Below are positions 1 to 14,800 of a DNA stretch of 64,000 nt, one piece after another. The notes beneath the pieces were generated by a model. That model saw only the letters and a program-made list of their open reading frames with translations, ran no database searches and had not been told where the DNA came from. The stretch is from NCBI RefSeq assembly GCF_009914755.1, contig NC_060933.1; one strand, written 5' to 3'. Positions within the stretch are counted from its first letter, which is position 1, and each line of letters opens with the position of its first letter. The DNA comes from the human T2T-CHM13v2.0 reference genome, Homo sapiens. A program made the translations under genes and the position numbers.

Positions 1-3000
1 AAGTGACGGACAAGCATTTAGACCTCAGCAGAAGTATTCTGGAATCCTATGTAAGTTACAAACATTGAAACAACAGCGGGAGTGTTCTGGAATCCTTTAT
101 TGCAAACAAACTTTCAGACCCTCGTCGCAGTGCTCTGGAGTTCTATGTGAGGGAGAAAGACTCAGAACCCAGCAGCAGTGCTCTGGAATCCTATGTGACA
201 GACACACATGTATACCCCAGCAGCAGTGTTCTGGAATCCTATGTGAGGGACAAACATTCAAACAACAGTGGGAGTGTTCTGGAATCCTATGTTACAGACA
301 AACATTCAGGCTCTCATCACAGTGTTCTAGAATGCTATGTGAGGGAGAAACACCCAGAACCCAGCAGCAGTGTTCTGAAATCCTATGTGACAGACATACA
401 TGAAGACCCCAGAAGCAGTGCTGTGGAACGCTATGTGAGGAATATTCATTCAGACCCCAGCAGCAGTGTTCTGGAATACTGTGTGAGGGACAATCATTGG
501 GAACCTCGTATCAGTGTTCTGGAATTCTGTGTGAGGGACAAACTTTCAGACCACAGCAGGAGTGTTCTGGAATCCTATGTGATGGACAAACACTCAGAAG
601 ACAGCTGGACTATTTTGCAATCCTATGTGAGAGACAATCATTCAGACCCTCGTAGCAGTGTTCTGGAGTCCTGTGTGAGGAACAAGCATTCAGACCACAG
701 CAGGAGTATTCTGGAATCCCCTCTGAAGAACAAACATTCAGGCTATCGTAGCAGTGTTCTGGAATCCTGTGTGACTGACAAACATTGAGACCCCAGCAGC
801 AGTGTTCTGGAGTGTTATGTGAGGGACAAACATTCAGACACTAGTAGCAGTGTTCTGGAATCCTGTGTGAGGGACAAACACTCAGAACCCAGCAGCATTT
901 TTCTGGGTCCCTATATGAGGGACAAACACTCGGAACACAGCTTCAGTGTTTTGCAATCCTATGTGAGGGACAAACATTCAGACCCTCGTAGAAGTGTTCT
1001 GGAATCCTATGTGAGGGACAAACTTTCCGACAATTATAACAGTGTTCTGCAATCCTACTTTAAGGACAAATATGCAGACCCTCGTAGCAGTGTTCTGGAA
1101 TCCTATGTGAGGGACACACATTCAGACAATCGTAGCAGTTTTCTGGAATCCTATGTGAGGGACAAACATTCAGACCCCAACACAAGTGTTCTGCAATCCT
1201 ACGTTAAGGACAAATATTCAGACCCTCGTAGCAGTGTTCTGGAATCCTATGTGAGGGACACACATTCAGACAATCCTAGCAGTTTTCTGGAATCCTATGT
1301 AAGGGAAAAACATTGAATCAACAGCGGGAGTGTTCTGGAATCCTATGTTATGGACAAACATTCAGACGCTCATTGCAGTGTTCTGGAATTGTACGTGAGG
1401 GAGGAACACTCAGAACCCAGCAGCAGTTTTCTGGAATCCTATATGATGGACATACATGTAGACCCCAGCAGCAGTGTTCTGGAATCCCATGTGAGGGACA
1501 AATATTCAGACCTTCGTCGAATTGTCTGGAATCCTATGAGAAGGACAAACACTCGGAAACCAGCAGCAGCATTCAGGAACCCTATGTGAGGGACAAACAT
1601 TCAGACAACAGCAGGATTGTTCTGGACTCCGATGTGAGGGATATACACTCAGAAAACAGCAGGAGTGTTTTGGAATCCTATGTGAGGGACAAACATTCAG
1701 ATCGTCGTAGCAGTGTCCTGGAATTCTTCATGAGGGATAAACATTCAGACCCCCATAGCAGTGTTCTGGAATCCTATGTGAGGGACAATCATTCAGACCA
1801 CAGCAGGAGTGTTCTGGAATCTCCTGTGAGGAACAGACATTCAGACCCCTAACAGTGTTCTGAAATCCTATGTGATGGACAAACATTTAGACGCCAGCAG
1901 TGCTCTGGAATGCAATGTGAGGGACAAACATTGAGACCCTCGTAGCAGTGTTCTGGTATCCTATCTGAGAGACCAACTCTCAGAAACAAGCAGCGGTGTT
2001 CTGGAAAATTATGTAAGGGACAAAGATTCAGGCCAAAGCAGGTATGCTCTGGAATTCTATGTGAGGAACGAACTCTCAGAATACTGCAGGAGTGTTTTAG
2101 TATCCTATGTGAGGGACAAACATTCAGACCCTCGTAGCAGTGTTCTGGAATCCCATGTGATTGACAAACATTCAGACCACAGCAGGAGTATTCTGGAATC
2201 CCCTGTGAGGATCCAACATTCAGACCCCCATACCAGTGTTCTGGAATCCTATGTGAGGGACAAACATTTAGACCCCAGCAGCAATGTTCTGGAATCCTAT
2301 GTGAGGAACAAACATTCAGACCCTCGAAGCAGTGTTCTGGAATCCTATGTGAGGGACAAACATTCAGAACCAAGCAGCAGTGTTCTGGAACTCTGTATGA
2401 GGGACAAACATTCAGAACACGGCAGGATTGTTCTGCAATCCTATGTGAGGGAGAAACCCTCAGAAAACCATAGGAATGTTTTGGAATCCTACGTGAGGGC
2501 CAAACAATCAAACCCTCGTAGCTGTGTTCCAGAATCCTATGTGGGGGCAAACACTGAGACAATCGTAGCAATTTTCTGGAATCCTTTGTGAGGGACAAAC
2601 ATTCATTCCCTCATAGCAGTGTTTGGGAATCCTGTATGAAGGACAAACATTCAGACCACACAGTTCTGGAATCCCCACTGTGGGAAAAACATTCAGACCC
2701 TCCTAGCAGTGTTCTGGAATCCTATGTGATGGACAAAGATTTAGACCACAGCAGCAGGGTTCTGAAATCCTATGTGAGGAACAAACATTCAGATCCTCGA
2801 AGCAGAGTTCTGGAATCCTATGTAAGGTACAAACATTCAGACAATAGCAGCAGTGTTATGGAATTCTATGTGAGGAACAAACGTTCAGACCCACATAGCA
2901 ACGTTTTAGATTCCTATGTGAGGGACCGACATTCAGACAATCGAAGCAGTGTTCTGGAATCATATGTGAGGGACAAACATTCGGACACCAGCAGCAGTGT

Positions 3001-5823
3001 TCTGGAATCCTATGTGAGGGACAAACATACAAACAAGAGCGAGAGTGTTCTGGAATCCTATGTTGCGGACAAACATTCAGACGCTCGTCACAATGTTCTG
3101 GAATTCTATGTGAGGGAGAAACAGTCAGAACCCAATAGCAGTGTTCTGGAATCCTATGTGACGGACATACATGTAGACCCCAGCAGCAGTGTTTTGGAAT
3201 CCTATGTGAGGGACAGTCATTCAGACCCTCGTAGCAGTGTTCTGGAATTCTGTGTCAAGCACAAACTTTCAGACCCTCATAGCAGTGTTCTGGAATCCTA
3301 TGTGAGGGACAATCATCCAGGCCATAGCAGGAGTGTTCTGGAATCCCCTGTGAGGAATAAACGTTCAGACAGTCGTAGCAGTGTTCTGGAATGCTATGTG
3401 AGGGACAAACATTCAGACAATCGTAGCAGTGTTCCGTAATCCTATGTGAGGGACAAACATTCAAACAACAGCGGGATTGTTCAGGAATCCTATGTTATGG
3501 ACAAACATTCTAGACCCTCATCGCAGTGTTCTGGAATTCTATGTGAGCGAGAAACACTCAGAACCCAAAAGCAGTGTTCTGGAATCCTATGTGAGGGACA
3601 AACATTACGACCCCAGCGACAGTGTTCTGGAATCCTATGTGAGGGCCAATCATTCAGACACTCGTGCCAGTGTTCTGGAATTCTGCGTGAGGGACAAACA
3701 TTCTGACTCCTGTAGCAGTGTTCTGTAGTACTGTGTGAGGGAAAAACATTGAGACCACAGCAGGAGTGTTCTGGAATTCCCTGTGAGGAACAGACATTCA
3801 GACCCTCTTAGGAGGGTTCTGGAATCCGGTGTGATGGACAAAAATCTAGACCCTAGCAGCAGTGTTCTGGGATCCTATGTGAGGGTCAAACATTCAGACC
3901 CTTGTAGCAGTGTTCTGGAATCCTATGTGAGGGAGAAACACTCAGAACCCAGCAGCAGTGTTCTGAAACCCTATGTGAGAGACAAACATTCTGACAACAG
4001 GAGGATAGTTCTGGAATCCTAGGTGAGGGACAAACACTCAGAAAACAACAGGAGTGTTTTGGAATCCTAAATGAGGGACAGTCATTCAGATCGTCATAGC
4101 AGTGTTCTGGAATTTTGTGTGAGGGACAAACATTCACACCCCAGCAGAAGTGTTGTGGAATTCTAAATGAGGGACAAACATTCAGACCCTCATAGCAATG
4201 CTCTGGAATAGTGTGTGATGGAGAAACTTTTAGACCCCAGCAGCAGTGTTCTGTAATCCTTTGTAAGAGAAAAACAATCAGACCCTCATAGGTGTGTTCT
4301 GGAATCCCATGTGATGGACAACCACTCAGAACCCAGCAGCAGTGTTCTGTAACTATATGTGAGGGGCAAACATTCAGAACACAGCAGGATTGTTCTGTAA
4401 TCCCATGTGAGGGACAATCATTCAGACCCTCGTGGCTGTGTTCTGGAATCCTAAGTGAGGGACAAACATTCAGACAATCATAGCAGTGTTCTGGAATCCC
4501 ATGTGAGGGAAAAACATTCAGACCCTCCCAGCAGTGTTCTGGAATCCTATGTGAGGGACAAACATTCAGACAAACGTAGCAATGTTCTGGAAACCTATGT
4601 AAGGGAAAAACATTCAAACAACACCGAGATTGTTCTGGAATCCTATGTTACGGACAACCATTAATAATCTCTTCACAGTGTTATGGAATTCTACGTGAGG
4701 GAGAAACACACAGAACCCAGCAGCAGTGTTCCAGAAACCTATGTGAGGGACTCACATTCAGACCACGGCAGGATTGTTCTGGAATCCCATGTGAGGGACA
4801 AACACTCGGAACACAGCAGGAGTGTTTTGGATTCCTATGTGCGGAACAAACATTCAGAACCTCGTGACAGTGTTCGTGAATCCTATAGGAGGAACTAACA
4901 TTCAGAACACAGCAGGAGTGTTCTGGAATCCTATGTGAAGAACAAACATTCAGACCCCCGTAGCAATGTTTTGGAATCCTATGTGAAGGACAAACATTCA
5001 GACGATCGTAGCAGTGTTCTGGAATCCAATGTGAGGGACAAACATTTAAGCTACGGGGAGGGGGCGTTCTGGAATCCTATGTTACGGACAAACATTCAGA
5101 ACCTCGTCGCAGTGTTCTTGAATTCTATGTCAGGGAAAAACAGTCAGAACCCAGCAGCAGTGTTTTGGAATCCTATGTGACAGACACACATGTAGACCCC
5201 AGCAACAGTGTTCTAGGATCCTATGTGAGGGAAAAACATTCAGACCCCAGCAGCAGTGTCCTCGAATCCTATGTGAGGGACAATCATTCAGACCCTCGTA
5301 GCAGTGTTCTGGAATTCTGTGTGAGGGACAATCATTCGACTGTCATAGCAGTGTTCTGGAATCCTAAGTGTAGGACAAACATTCAGACAATCGTAGCAGT
5401 GATCTGGAAATCTATGTGAGGAACAAACATTCACACACTCTTAGGAGGGTTCTAGAATCCTATGTGAGGGACAAACATTCAGACAATAGTAGCAGTGTTC
5501 TGGAATCCTCTGTGAGTGACAAACATTCAGAATCCAGCAGCAGTGTTCTGGAATCCAATGTGAGGGACAAACATTTAAACAACAGGCGGGGGGTTCTGGA
5601 ATCCTATGTTACGGACAAACATTCAGAACCTCGTCGCAGTGCTATGGAATTCTATGAGAGGGAGAAACAGTCAGAACCCAGCAGCAGTGTTTTGGAATCC
5701 CACGTGACGGACATACATATAGACCCCAGCAGCAGTGTTCTGGGATCCTATGTGAGGGACAAACATTCAGACCCCAGCAGCAGTGTTCACCAATCCTATG
5801 TGAGGGACAATCATTCAGACCCC
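1..5823. repeat. 48-bp centromeric satellite (CER / D22Z3-type) array, about 120 divergent monomers, open at the left window edge
   Basis: Tandem 48-bp unit of consensus CCCAGCAGCAGTGTTCTGGAATCCTATGTGAGGGACAAACATTCAGAC throughout. The ORF track shows the matching 16-aa periodicity (SSVLESYVRDKHSDP). The family name is from recall of the CER consensus. Confidence 0.9.
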
Positions 5824-8800
5824 AAGGGCCCCAAATATCCACTTGCAGATTCTACTAAAAGAGTGTTTCCAAACTGCTCAATCAAAAGAAAGGTTCAACT
5901 CTGTCAGATGAATGCACACATCACGAAGAATTTTCTCAGATTGCTTCAGTCTAGATTTTATGTGAAGATATTTCCTTTTCTACCATAGGCAGCAAAGTGC
6001 TCTAAATGTCCACTTGCAGATTCTACAAACAGAAGCTTTCTAAATTTCTCAAGCAAAAGAAAAGTTTAACTCTGTGAGATGAATGCACACATCACAAAGA
6101 AGTTTCTCAGATTGCTTCTGTCTAGATTTTATGTGAATATATTTCCTTTTCTACCACAGGCGGCAAAGCGCTCCAAGTGTCCACTTGCAGATTCCACAAA
6201 AAGAGAGTTTCCAAACTGCTCAATAAAAGAAAGGTTCAACTCTGTGAGATGAACTCACACATCACAAGAAGTTTCTCAGAATTCTTCTGTCTAGTTTTTA
6301 TGGGAAGTTATTTCCTTTTAGAGCTTAGGCCTCAAAGCGCTCCATATGTCCACTTGCAGTTTCTACGAAAAGAGAGTTTCAAAACTACTCAATCAAAAGA
6401 AAGTTTTGCTTCTCTCTAGATTTTATGTGAAGACAATTCCTTTTCTACCATAGGCTGCAAAGCGCTTCAAATGTTCACTTGCAGATTCTACAAAAAGAGT
6501 GTTTCCAAACTGCTCAATCAAAAGAAAGGTTCAACTCTGTGAGATGAATGCACACATAACAAAGAAGTTTCTCAGATTGCTTCTGTCCAGTTTTTATCTG
6601 AAGATATTTCCTTGCCACCATAGGCCTCAAAGGCTAAAAATGTCCACGTGCAGATTCTACAAAAAGAGTTTCAAAACTGCTCAATCAAAAGAAAGGTTTA
6701 ACATTGTGAGATGAATGCACACATCACAAAGAAGTTTCTCAGAATTATTCTGTCTAGTTTTTATGTGAAGATATTTCATTTTCCACCATAGGCCTCAAAG
6801 CGTTCCAAATGTACTCTTGCAGATTCTGCAAAAAGAGAGTTTCAAAACTGCTCAATCAAAAGAAAGGTTTAACTCCACGAGATGAATGCACAAGTCACAA
6901 AGAAGTTTCTCAGATAGCTTCTGTCTAGATTTTATGTGAAGATAATTCCTTTTCTACCATAGGCCACAAAGCACTCCAAATGTCCATTTGCAGGTTCTAC
7001 AAAAACAGTGTTTCCACACTGCTCAATTGAAAGAAAGGTTCAACTCTGTGAGACAAACGCACACATCACAAAGAACTTTCTCAGAATTCTTCTGTCCAGT
7101 TTTTATGTGAAGATATTTCCTTTCCACCATAGGCCTCAAAGCGCTAAAAATGTCCACTTGCAGATTCTACAAAAAGAGTTTTGAAACTGCTCAATCAAAA
7201 GAAAGGTTTAACTCTGTGACATGAGTTCACACATCACAAAGAAATTTCTCAGAATTTTTCTGTCTAGTTTTTATGTGAAGATATTTCCTTTTCCACCATA
7301 GGCCTCGAAGCGTTCCAAATGTACTCTTGTAGATTGTACAAAAAGAGTTTCAAAGCTGTTCAATCAAAAGAAAGGTTTAACTCTGTGAGATGAATGCACA
7401 CATTGCAAAGAAGTTTCTCAGATTGCTTCTGTCTACATTTTATATGAAGATATATCCTTTTCTACCGTAGGCCTCAAAGTGCACCAAATGTCCACTTGCA
7501 GTTTCTACAAAAAGAGTGTTTCCAAACTGCTCAATCAAAAGAAAAGTTGAACTCTGTGAGATGAATGCACACATCACAGGGAAGTTTCTCAGATTGTTTC
7601 TGTCTAGATTTTATGTGAAGATATTTCCTTTTCTACCGTAGGCTGCAAAGCGCTCCAAATGTCCACTTGTAGATTCAACAAAAAGAGTGTTTCCAAACTG
7701 CTCAATCAAAAGTCATGTTCAACTCTGATCAATGAATGCACGCATCACAAAAAAAGTTTCTCCAAATTCTTCAGTCTAGTTTTTGTGTGATGATATTTCC
7801 TTTTTAATCATAAGACTCAAAGCACTCCAAATGTCCACTACCACATTCTACAAAAAGAGAGTTTCAAAACTGCTCAATCAAGATGAAGTTTTAACTCTAT
7901 TAGATGAATGCACACATCACAAAGAAGTTTCTCAGGTTGCTTCTGTGCAGATTTTATGTGAAGATATTTCCTTTTCTACCACAGGCCGCAACGTGCTCCA
8001 AATATCTACCTGCAGATTCTACAAAAAGAGTGTTTCCAAATTGCTCAATCAAAAGAAATGTTGAACTCTGTGAGACGAATGCATGCATCACAAAGAAGTT
8101 TCTCAGATTGCTTCTGTCTAGATTCTATGTGAAGATATTTCCTTTTCTAGCAAAGGCTGCAAAGCACTCCAAATGTCCACTTGCAGATTTTACAAAAAGA
8201 GTGTTTTCAAACTGCTCAATCAAAAGAAAGGCTCAAGTCTGTGAGATGAATGCACACATCACAAAGAATTTTCTCAGAATTCTTCTGTCTAGTTTTTAAG
8301 TGAAGATATTTCCTTTCCACCATAGGCCTGAAGACGCTCCAAATGTCCACTTGCAGATTCCACAAAAAGAGAGTTTCAAAACGCCTCAATCAAAAGGAAG
8401 GGTTAACTCTGTGAGATGAATGCACACATCACAAAGAAGTTTTTCAGATTGCTTCTGTCTGGATTTTATGTGAAGATGTTTCCTTTTCTACAGTAGGCCA
8501 CAAATCGCTCTAACTGTCCAGTTGCAGATTCTACAAAAAGCGTGTTTCCAATCTGCTTAATAAAAAGAAAGCTTCAACTCTGTGAGATGAACGCACATAT
8601 CACAATGAAGTTTCTCAGAATTCTTCTGTCTAGTTTTACATGAAGATATTTCCTTTTCCAGCTGAGGCCTCCAAGTGTTCAGATTGTCCACTTACAGATA
8701 CTACAAAAAGAGAGTTTCAAAACTGGTCAGTCAAAAGAAAGGCTTAACTCTGTGAGATGAATGCACACATCACAAAGAAGTTTCACAGATTGCTTCTTTC

Positions 8801-11800
8801 TAGATTTTATGTGAAGATATTTCCTTTTCTACTATAGGCTGCAAAGCGTTCCAAATATCCACTTGCAGATTCTACAAACAGAGGCTTTCCAAACTGCTCA
8901 ATAAAAAGAAAAGTTTAACTCTGTGAGATGAATGCACAAATCACAAAGAAGTTTCTCAGAATTCTTCTGTCTAGTTTTTATGTGAAGATATTTCCTTTTC
9001 CACCATAGGCCTCAAAGCGCTCCAAATGTCCACTTGCAGTTTCTACAAAAAGAGAGTTTCAAAACTGCTCAATCAAAAGAAAGGTTTAACTCTATGAGAT
9101 GAATGCACACATCATAAAGAAGTTTCTCAGATTGCTTCTGTCTAGATGTGATATGAAGATATTTCCCTTTCTACAACAGGCCGCAAAGCACTCCAAATGT
9201 CCACTTGCAGATTCTACAAAAAGAGTGATTCCAAACTGCTCAATCAAAAGAAAGGCTCAACTCTGTGAGACGAATTCACATATCACAAAGAAGTTTCTCA
9301 GAATTCTTCTGTCCAGTTTTTATGTGAAGATATTTACTTTTCCACCATAGGCCTCAAACCGCTCCAAATGTCCACTTGAAGATTCTACAGAAAGAGTTTC
9401 AGAACTGCTCAATCAAAAGAAAGGTTTAACTCTGTGAGTTGAATACACATATCACAAAGAAGTTTCTCAGATTGCTTCTGTCTAGGTTTTATGTGAAGGT
9501 ATTTCCTTTTCTACTGTAGGCCACAGAGTGCACCAAATGTACACTTGCAGGTTGTACAAAAAGAGTGTTTCCAAACTGCTCAATCAAAAGAAAAGTTCAA
9601 CTCTGTGAGATGAACACACGTATCACAAAGAAGTTTCTCATAATTCTTCTGTCTAGTTTTTATGTGAAGATATTTCCTTTTCCACCATAGGCCTCAAAGG
9701 GCTCCAACTGTCCACTTGCAGATTCTGCAAAAAGAGAGTTTCAAAACTCCTCAATCAAAAGAAATGTTTAACTCTGTGAGATGAATGCACATGTCAGAGA
9801 GAAGTTTCTCAGATTGTTTCTGTCTAGACTTTATGTGAAGATATTTCCTTTTCTTCCACAGGCTGCAAAGTGCTCCAACTGTCAACTTGCAGATTCTACA
9901 AAAAGAGTGTTTCCAAACTGTTGAATCAAAAGAAATTTTCAAATCTGTGAGATGAAAGCACACATCACAAAGAAGTTTGTCAGAATTCTTCTGTCTAGTT
10001 TTTATGTGCAGATATTTCCTTTCCACCTTAGGCCTCAAAGCGCTCCAAATGTCCACTTGCAGATTCTAAAAAAGGAGAGTTTCAAAACTCCTCAATCAAA
10101 AGGAAAGTTTAACTCTGTGAGATGAATGCACACATCACAAAGAAGTTTCTCAGATTGCTTCTGTCTAGATGTTATGTGAAGATATTTCCTTTCTACTATA
10201 GGCTGCAAAGCGCTCTAAATTTCCACTTGCAAATACTAAAAAAAGAGTGTTTCCAAACTGCTCAATCAAAAGAAAGGTTCAACTGTGATCGATGAATGCA
10301 CGCATCACAAAAAAAGTTTCTCCAATTTCTTTAGTCTAGTTTTTATGTGATGATATTTCCTTTTTAATCATAAGACTCAAAGCACTCCAAATGTCCATTA
10401 GCAGACTCTACAAAAAGAGAGTTTCAAAACTGCTCAATCAAGAGAAAGTTTTAACTCTATTAGATGAATGCACACATCACAAAGAAGTTTCTCAGGTTGC
10501 TTCTGTGCAGATTTTATGTGAAGATATTTCCTTTTCTACCACAGGCCACAAAGTGCTCCAAATGTCTACTTGCAGATTCTACAAAAAGAGTGTTTCCAAA
10601 CTGCTCAATCAAAAGAAATGTTGAACTCTGTGAGATGAATGCACGCATCACAAAGAAGTTTCTCAGATTGCTTCTGTCTAGATTTTATGTGAAGATATTT
10701 CCTTTTCTACCAAAGGCTGCAAAGCACTCCAAATGTCCACTTGCAGATTTTACAAAAAGAGTGTTTTCAAACTGCTCAATCAAAAGAAAGGCTCAAGTCT
10801 GTGAGATGAATGCACACATCACAAAGAATTTTCTCAGAATTCTCCTGTCTAGTTTTTAAGTAAAGATATTTCCTTTCCACCATAGGCCTGAAGGCGCTCC
10901 AAATGTCCATTTGCAGATTCTACAAAAAGAGTGTTTCCAAACTGCTTAATAAAAAGAAAGGTTCAACTCTGTGAGATGAATGCACATATCACAGTGAAGT
11001 TTCTCAGAATTCTTCTGTCTAGTTTTACATGAAGATATTTCCTTTTCCAGCTGAGGCCTCAAAGTGCTCAAATTGTCCACTTGCAGATACTACAAAAAGA
11101 GAGTTTCAAAACTGCTCAGTCAAAAGAAAGGCTTAACTCTGTGAGATGAATGTACACATCACAAGGAAGTTTCACAGATTGCTTCTTTCTAGATTTTATG
11201 TGAAGATATTTCCTTTTCTACCATAGGCTGCAAAGCGTTCCAAATACCCACTTGCAGATTCTACAAACAGAGGCTTTCCAAACTGCTCAATAAAAAGAAA
11301 AGTTTAACTCTGTGAGATGAATGCACACATCACAAAGAAGTTTCTCAGAATTCTTCTGTCCAATTTTTATGTGAAGATATTTCCCTTTCCACCATAAGCC
11401 TCAAAGCGCTCCAAATGTCCACTTGCAGATTCTACAAAAAGAGAGGTTCAAAACTGCTCAATCAAAAGAAAGGTTTAACTCTATGAGATGAATGCACACA
11501 TCATAAAGAAGTTTCTCAGATTGCTTCTCTCTAGATTTGATGGGAAGATATTTCCCTTTCTACCATAGGCCCCAAAGTGCTCCAAATGTCTACTTGCAGA
11601 TTCTACAAAAAGAGTGTTTCCAAACAGCTCAGTCAAAAGAAAGGCTTAACTCTGTGAGACGAACACACACATCACAAAGAAGTTTCTCAGAATTCTTCTG
11701 TCCAGTTTTAGTGTGAAGATATTTACTTTTCCACCATAGGCCTCAAACCACTCCAAATGTCCGCTTGAAGATTCTACAGAAAGAGTTTCAGAACTGCTCA

Positions 11801-14800
11801 ATAAAAAGTAAGGTTTAACTCTGTGAGTTGAATGCACACATCACAAAGAATTTTCTCAGATTGCTTCTGTCTAGATTTTATGTGAAGGTATTTCCTTTTC
11901 TACTGTAGGCCACAGAGCGCCCCAAATGTACACTTGCAGTTTGTACAAAAAGAGTGTTTCCAAACTGCTCAATCAAAAGAAAAGTTCAACTCTGTGAGAT
12001 GAACACACATATCACAAAGAAGTTTCTCAGAATTCTTCTGTCTAGTTTTTATGTGAAGATATTTCCTTTTCCACCATAGGCCTCAAAGGGCTCCAAATGT
12101 CCACTTGCAGATTCTGCAAAAAGAGAGTTTCAAAACTCCTCAATCAAAAGAAATGTTTAACTCTGTGAGATGAATGCACACGTCACAGAGAAGTTTCTCA
12201 GATTGTTTCTGTCTAGATTTTATGTGAAGATATTTACTTTTCTTCCATAGGCTGCAAAGTGCTCCAAATGTCAACTTGCAGATTCTACAAAAAGAGTGTT
12301 TCCAAACTGTTGAATCAAAAGAAATTTTCAAATCTGTGAGATGAAAGCACACATCACAAAGAATTTTGTCAAAATTCTTCTGTCTAGTTTTTATGTGCAG
12401 ATATTTCCTTTCCACCTTAGGCCTCAAAGTGCTCCAAATGTCCACTTGCAGATTCTAAAAAAGGAGAGTTTCAAAACTCCTCAATCAAAAGGAAGGTTTA
12501 ACTCTGTGAGATGAATGCACACATCCCAAAGAAGTTTCTCAGATTGCTTCTGTGTAGATTTTATGTGAAGATATTTCCCTTTCTACCGTAGGCCACAACG
12601 TGCTCCAAATATCCACTTGCAGATTCTACAAATAGAGTGTTTCTAAACTGCTCAATCAAAGGAAAGGTTCAAATCTGTGAGATGAACAAACACCTCACAA
12701 ACAAGTTTCTCAGAATGCTTCTGTCTAGTTTTTATGTGAAGATATTTCATTTTCCACCATAGACTCAAGACGCTCGAAATGTCCACTTGCAGATTCTACA
12801 AAAAGAGTATTTTAAAGCTGGTCCAACAAAAGAAAGGTTCAACTCTGGGAGATGAATGCACACATCACAAAGAAGTTTCTCAGATTGCTTCTGTCTAGAT
12901 TTTATGTGAAGATATTTCGTTTTCTACCACAGGCCACAAAGCACTCGAAATGTCCACTTGCAGATTCTACAAAAAGAGTGTCTCCAAACTGCTCAATCAA
13001 AAGAAAGTTTCAAATCTGTGAGATGAACACATACATCACAAAGAAGTTTCTCAGAATTCTTCTGTCTAGTTTTTATGTGAAGATATTTCCTTTTCCACAT
13101 TAGACCTCTAAGCACTCCAAATGTCCATTTGCAGTTTCTAGAAAAAGAGAGGTTCAAAACTGCTCAATCAAAAGAAACGTTTAACTCTGGGAGATGAAGG
13201 CACACATCCAAAGACGTTTCTCAGAATGCTTCCGTCTAGTTTTTATGTGAAGTTATTTCCTTTCCACCATAGGCCTCAAAGTGCTAAAAATGTCCGCTTG
13301 CAGATTCTACAAAAAGAGTTTCAAAACTGCTCAATCAGAAGAAAGGTTTAACTCTGTGAGATGACTGCACACATCACAAAGAAATTTCTCAGAATTCTTT
13401 TGTCTACTTTTTATGTGACGATATTTCCTTTTCGACCATAGACGTCAAAGCGCTAAAAATGTCCACTTGCAGATTCTACAAAAAGAGAGTTTCAAAACTT
13501 CTCTATCAGAAGAAAGGCTTAACTGTGTGAGATGAATACACACATCACAAAGAAGTTTCTCAGATTGCTTCTGTCTAGATTGTATGTGAAGGTATTTCCT
13601 TTTCTACTGTAGGCCTCAAAGCACACAAAATGTCCACTTGCAGTTTCCACAAAAAGAGTGTTTCCAAACTGCTCAATGAAAAGAAAAGTTGAACTCTGTG
13701 AGATGAAAGCACATATCACAAAGAAGTTTCTCAGAATTCTTCTGTCTACTTTTTATATGAAGATATTTCCTTTTCCACCTTAGGCATCAAAGCATTAAAA
13801 ATGTCCACTTGCAGATTCTACAAAAAGAGAGTTTCAAAACTCCTCAATAAAAAGAAATGTTTATCTCTGTGAGGTGAATGCACACATCACAGAGAAGTTT
13901 CTCAGATTGTTTCTGTCTAGATTTTATGTGAAGATACTTCATTTTCTTCCATAGGACAAAAAGTGCTCCAGATGTCCATTTGTAGATTCAACAAAAAGAG
14001 TGTTTCCAAACTGATGAATCAAAAGAAATTTTCAAATCTGTGAGATGACAGCACACATCACAAAGAAGTTTGTCAGAATTCTTCTGTCTAGTTTTTATGT
14101 GAAGATATTTCCTTTCCACCGTAGGCGTCAAAGCGCTCCAAATGTCTACTTGCAGATTCTACAAAAAGAGAGTTTCAAAACTCCTCAATCAAAATGAAGG
14201 TTTAACTCTATGGGAAGAATGCACACATCACAAAGAAGTTTCTCAGATTGCTTCTGTCTAGATGTTATGTGAAGATATTTCCTTTTCTACCATAGGCTGC
14301 AAAGCGCTCTAAATGTCCACTTGCAGATTAAAAAAAAAAGTGTTTCCAAACTGCTCAATCAAAAGAAAGGTTCAACTCTGAGCGATGAATGCACACATTA
14401 CAAAGAAGTTTCTCCAAATTCTTCAGTCTAGTTTTTGTGTGATGATATTTCCTTTTTAATCATAAGACTCAAAGCACTCCAAATGTCCACTAGCAGATTC
14501 TACAAAAAGAGAGTTTCAAAATTGCTCAATCAAGATAAAGTTTTAACTCTATGAGATGAATGCACACATCACAAAGAAGCTTCTCAGATTGCTTCTGTCC
14601 AGATTTTATGTGAAGATATTTCCTTTTCTACCAGAGGCTGCAAAGTTCTCCAAATGTCTACTTGCAGATTCTACAAAAAGAGTGTTTCCAAACTGCTCAA
14701 TCAAAAGAAATGTTGAACTCTGTGAGATGAATGCACGCATCACAAAGAAGTTTCTCAGATTGCTTCTGTCTAGATTTTATGTGAAGATATTTCCTTTTCT

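Noticed and set aside
1-5823. CRISPR-like appearance of short regular repeats
   Set aside because: The units are head-to-tail with no unique spacers and no cas genes, and the context is primate satellite DNA.
1-5823. TTCTGGAA in most CER units as a heat-shock or STAT element array
   Set aside because: Only two inverted nGAAn units are present where HSF needs three, and the N2 spacing does not fit STAT GAS sites. The sequence alone does not support a function.
65-5988. Long ORFs (up to 283 aa) with a 16-aa repeat SSVLESYVRDKHSDP, resembling a repeat protein
   Set aside because: 48 bp is a multiple of 3, so stop-free frames arise automatically on both strands. Frames break at random indels and there is no gene structure.
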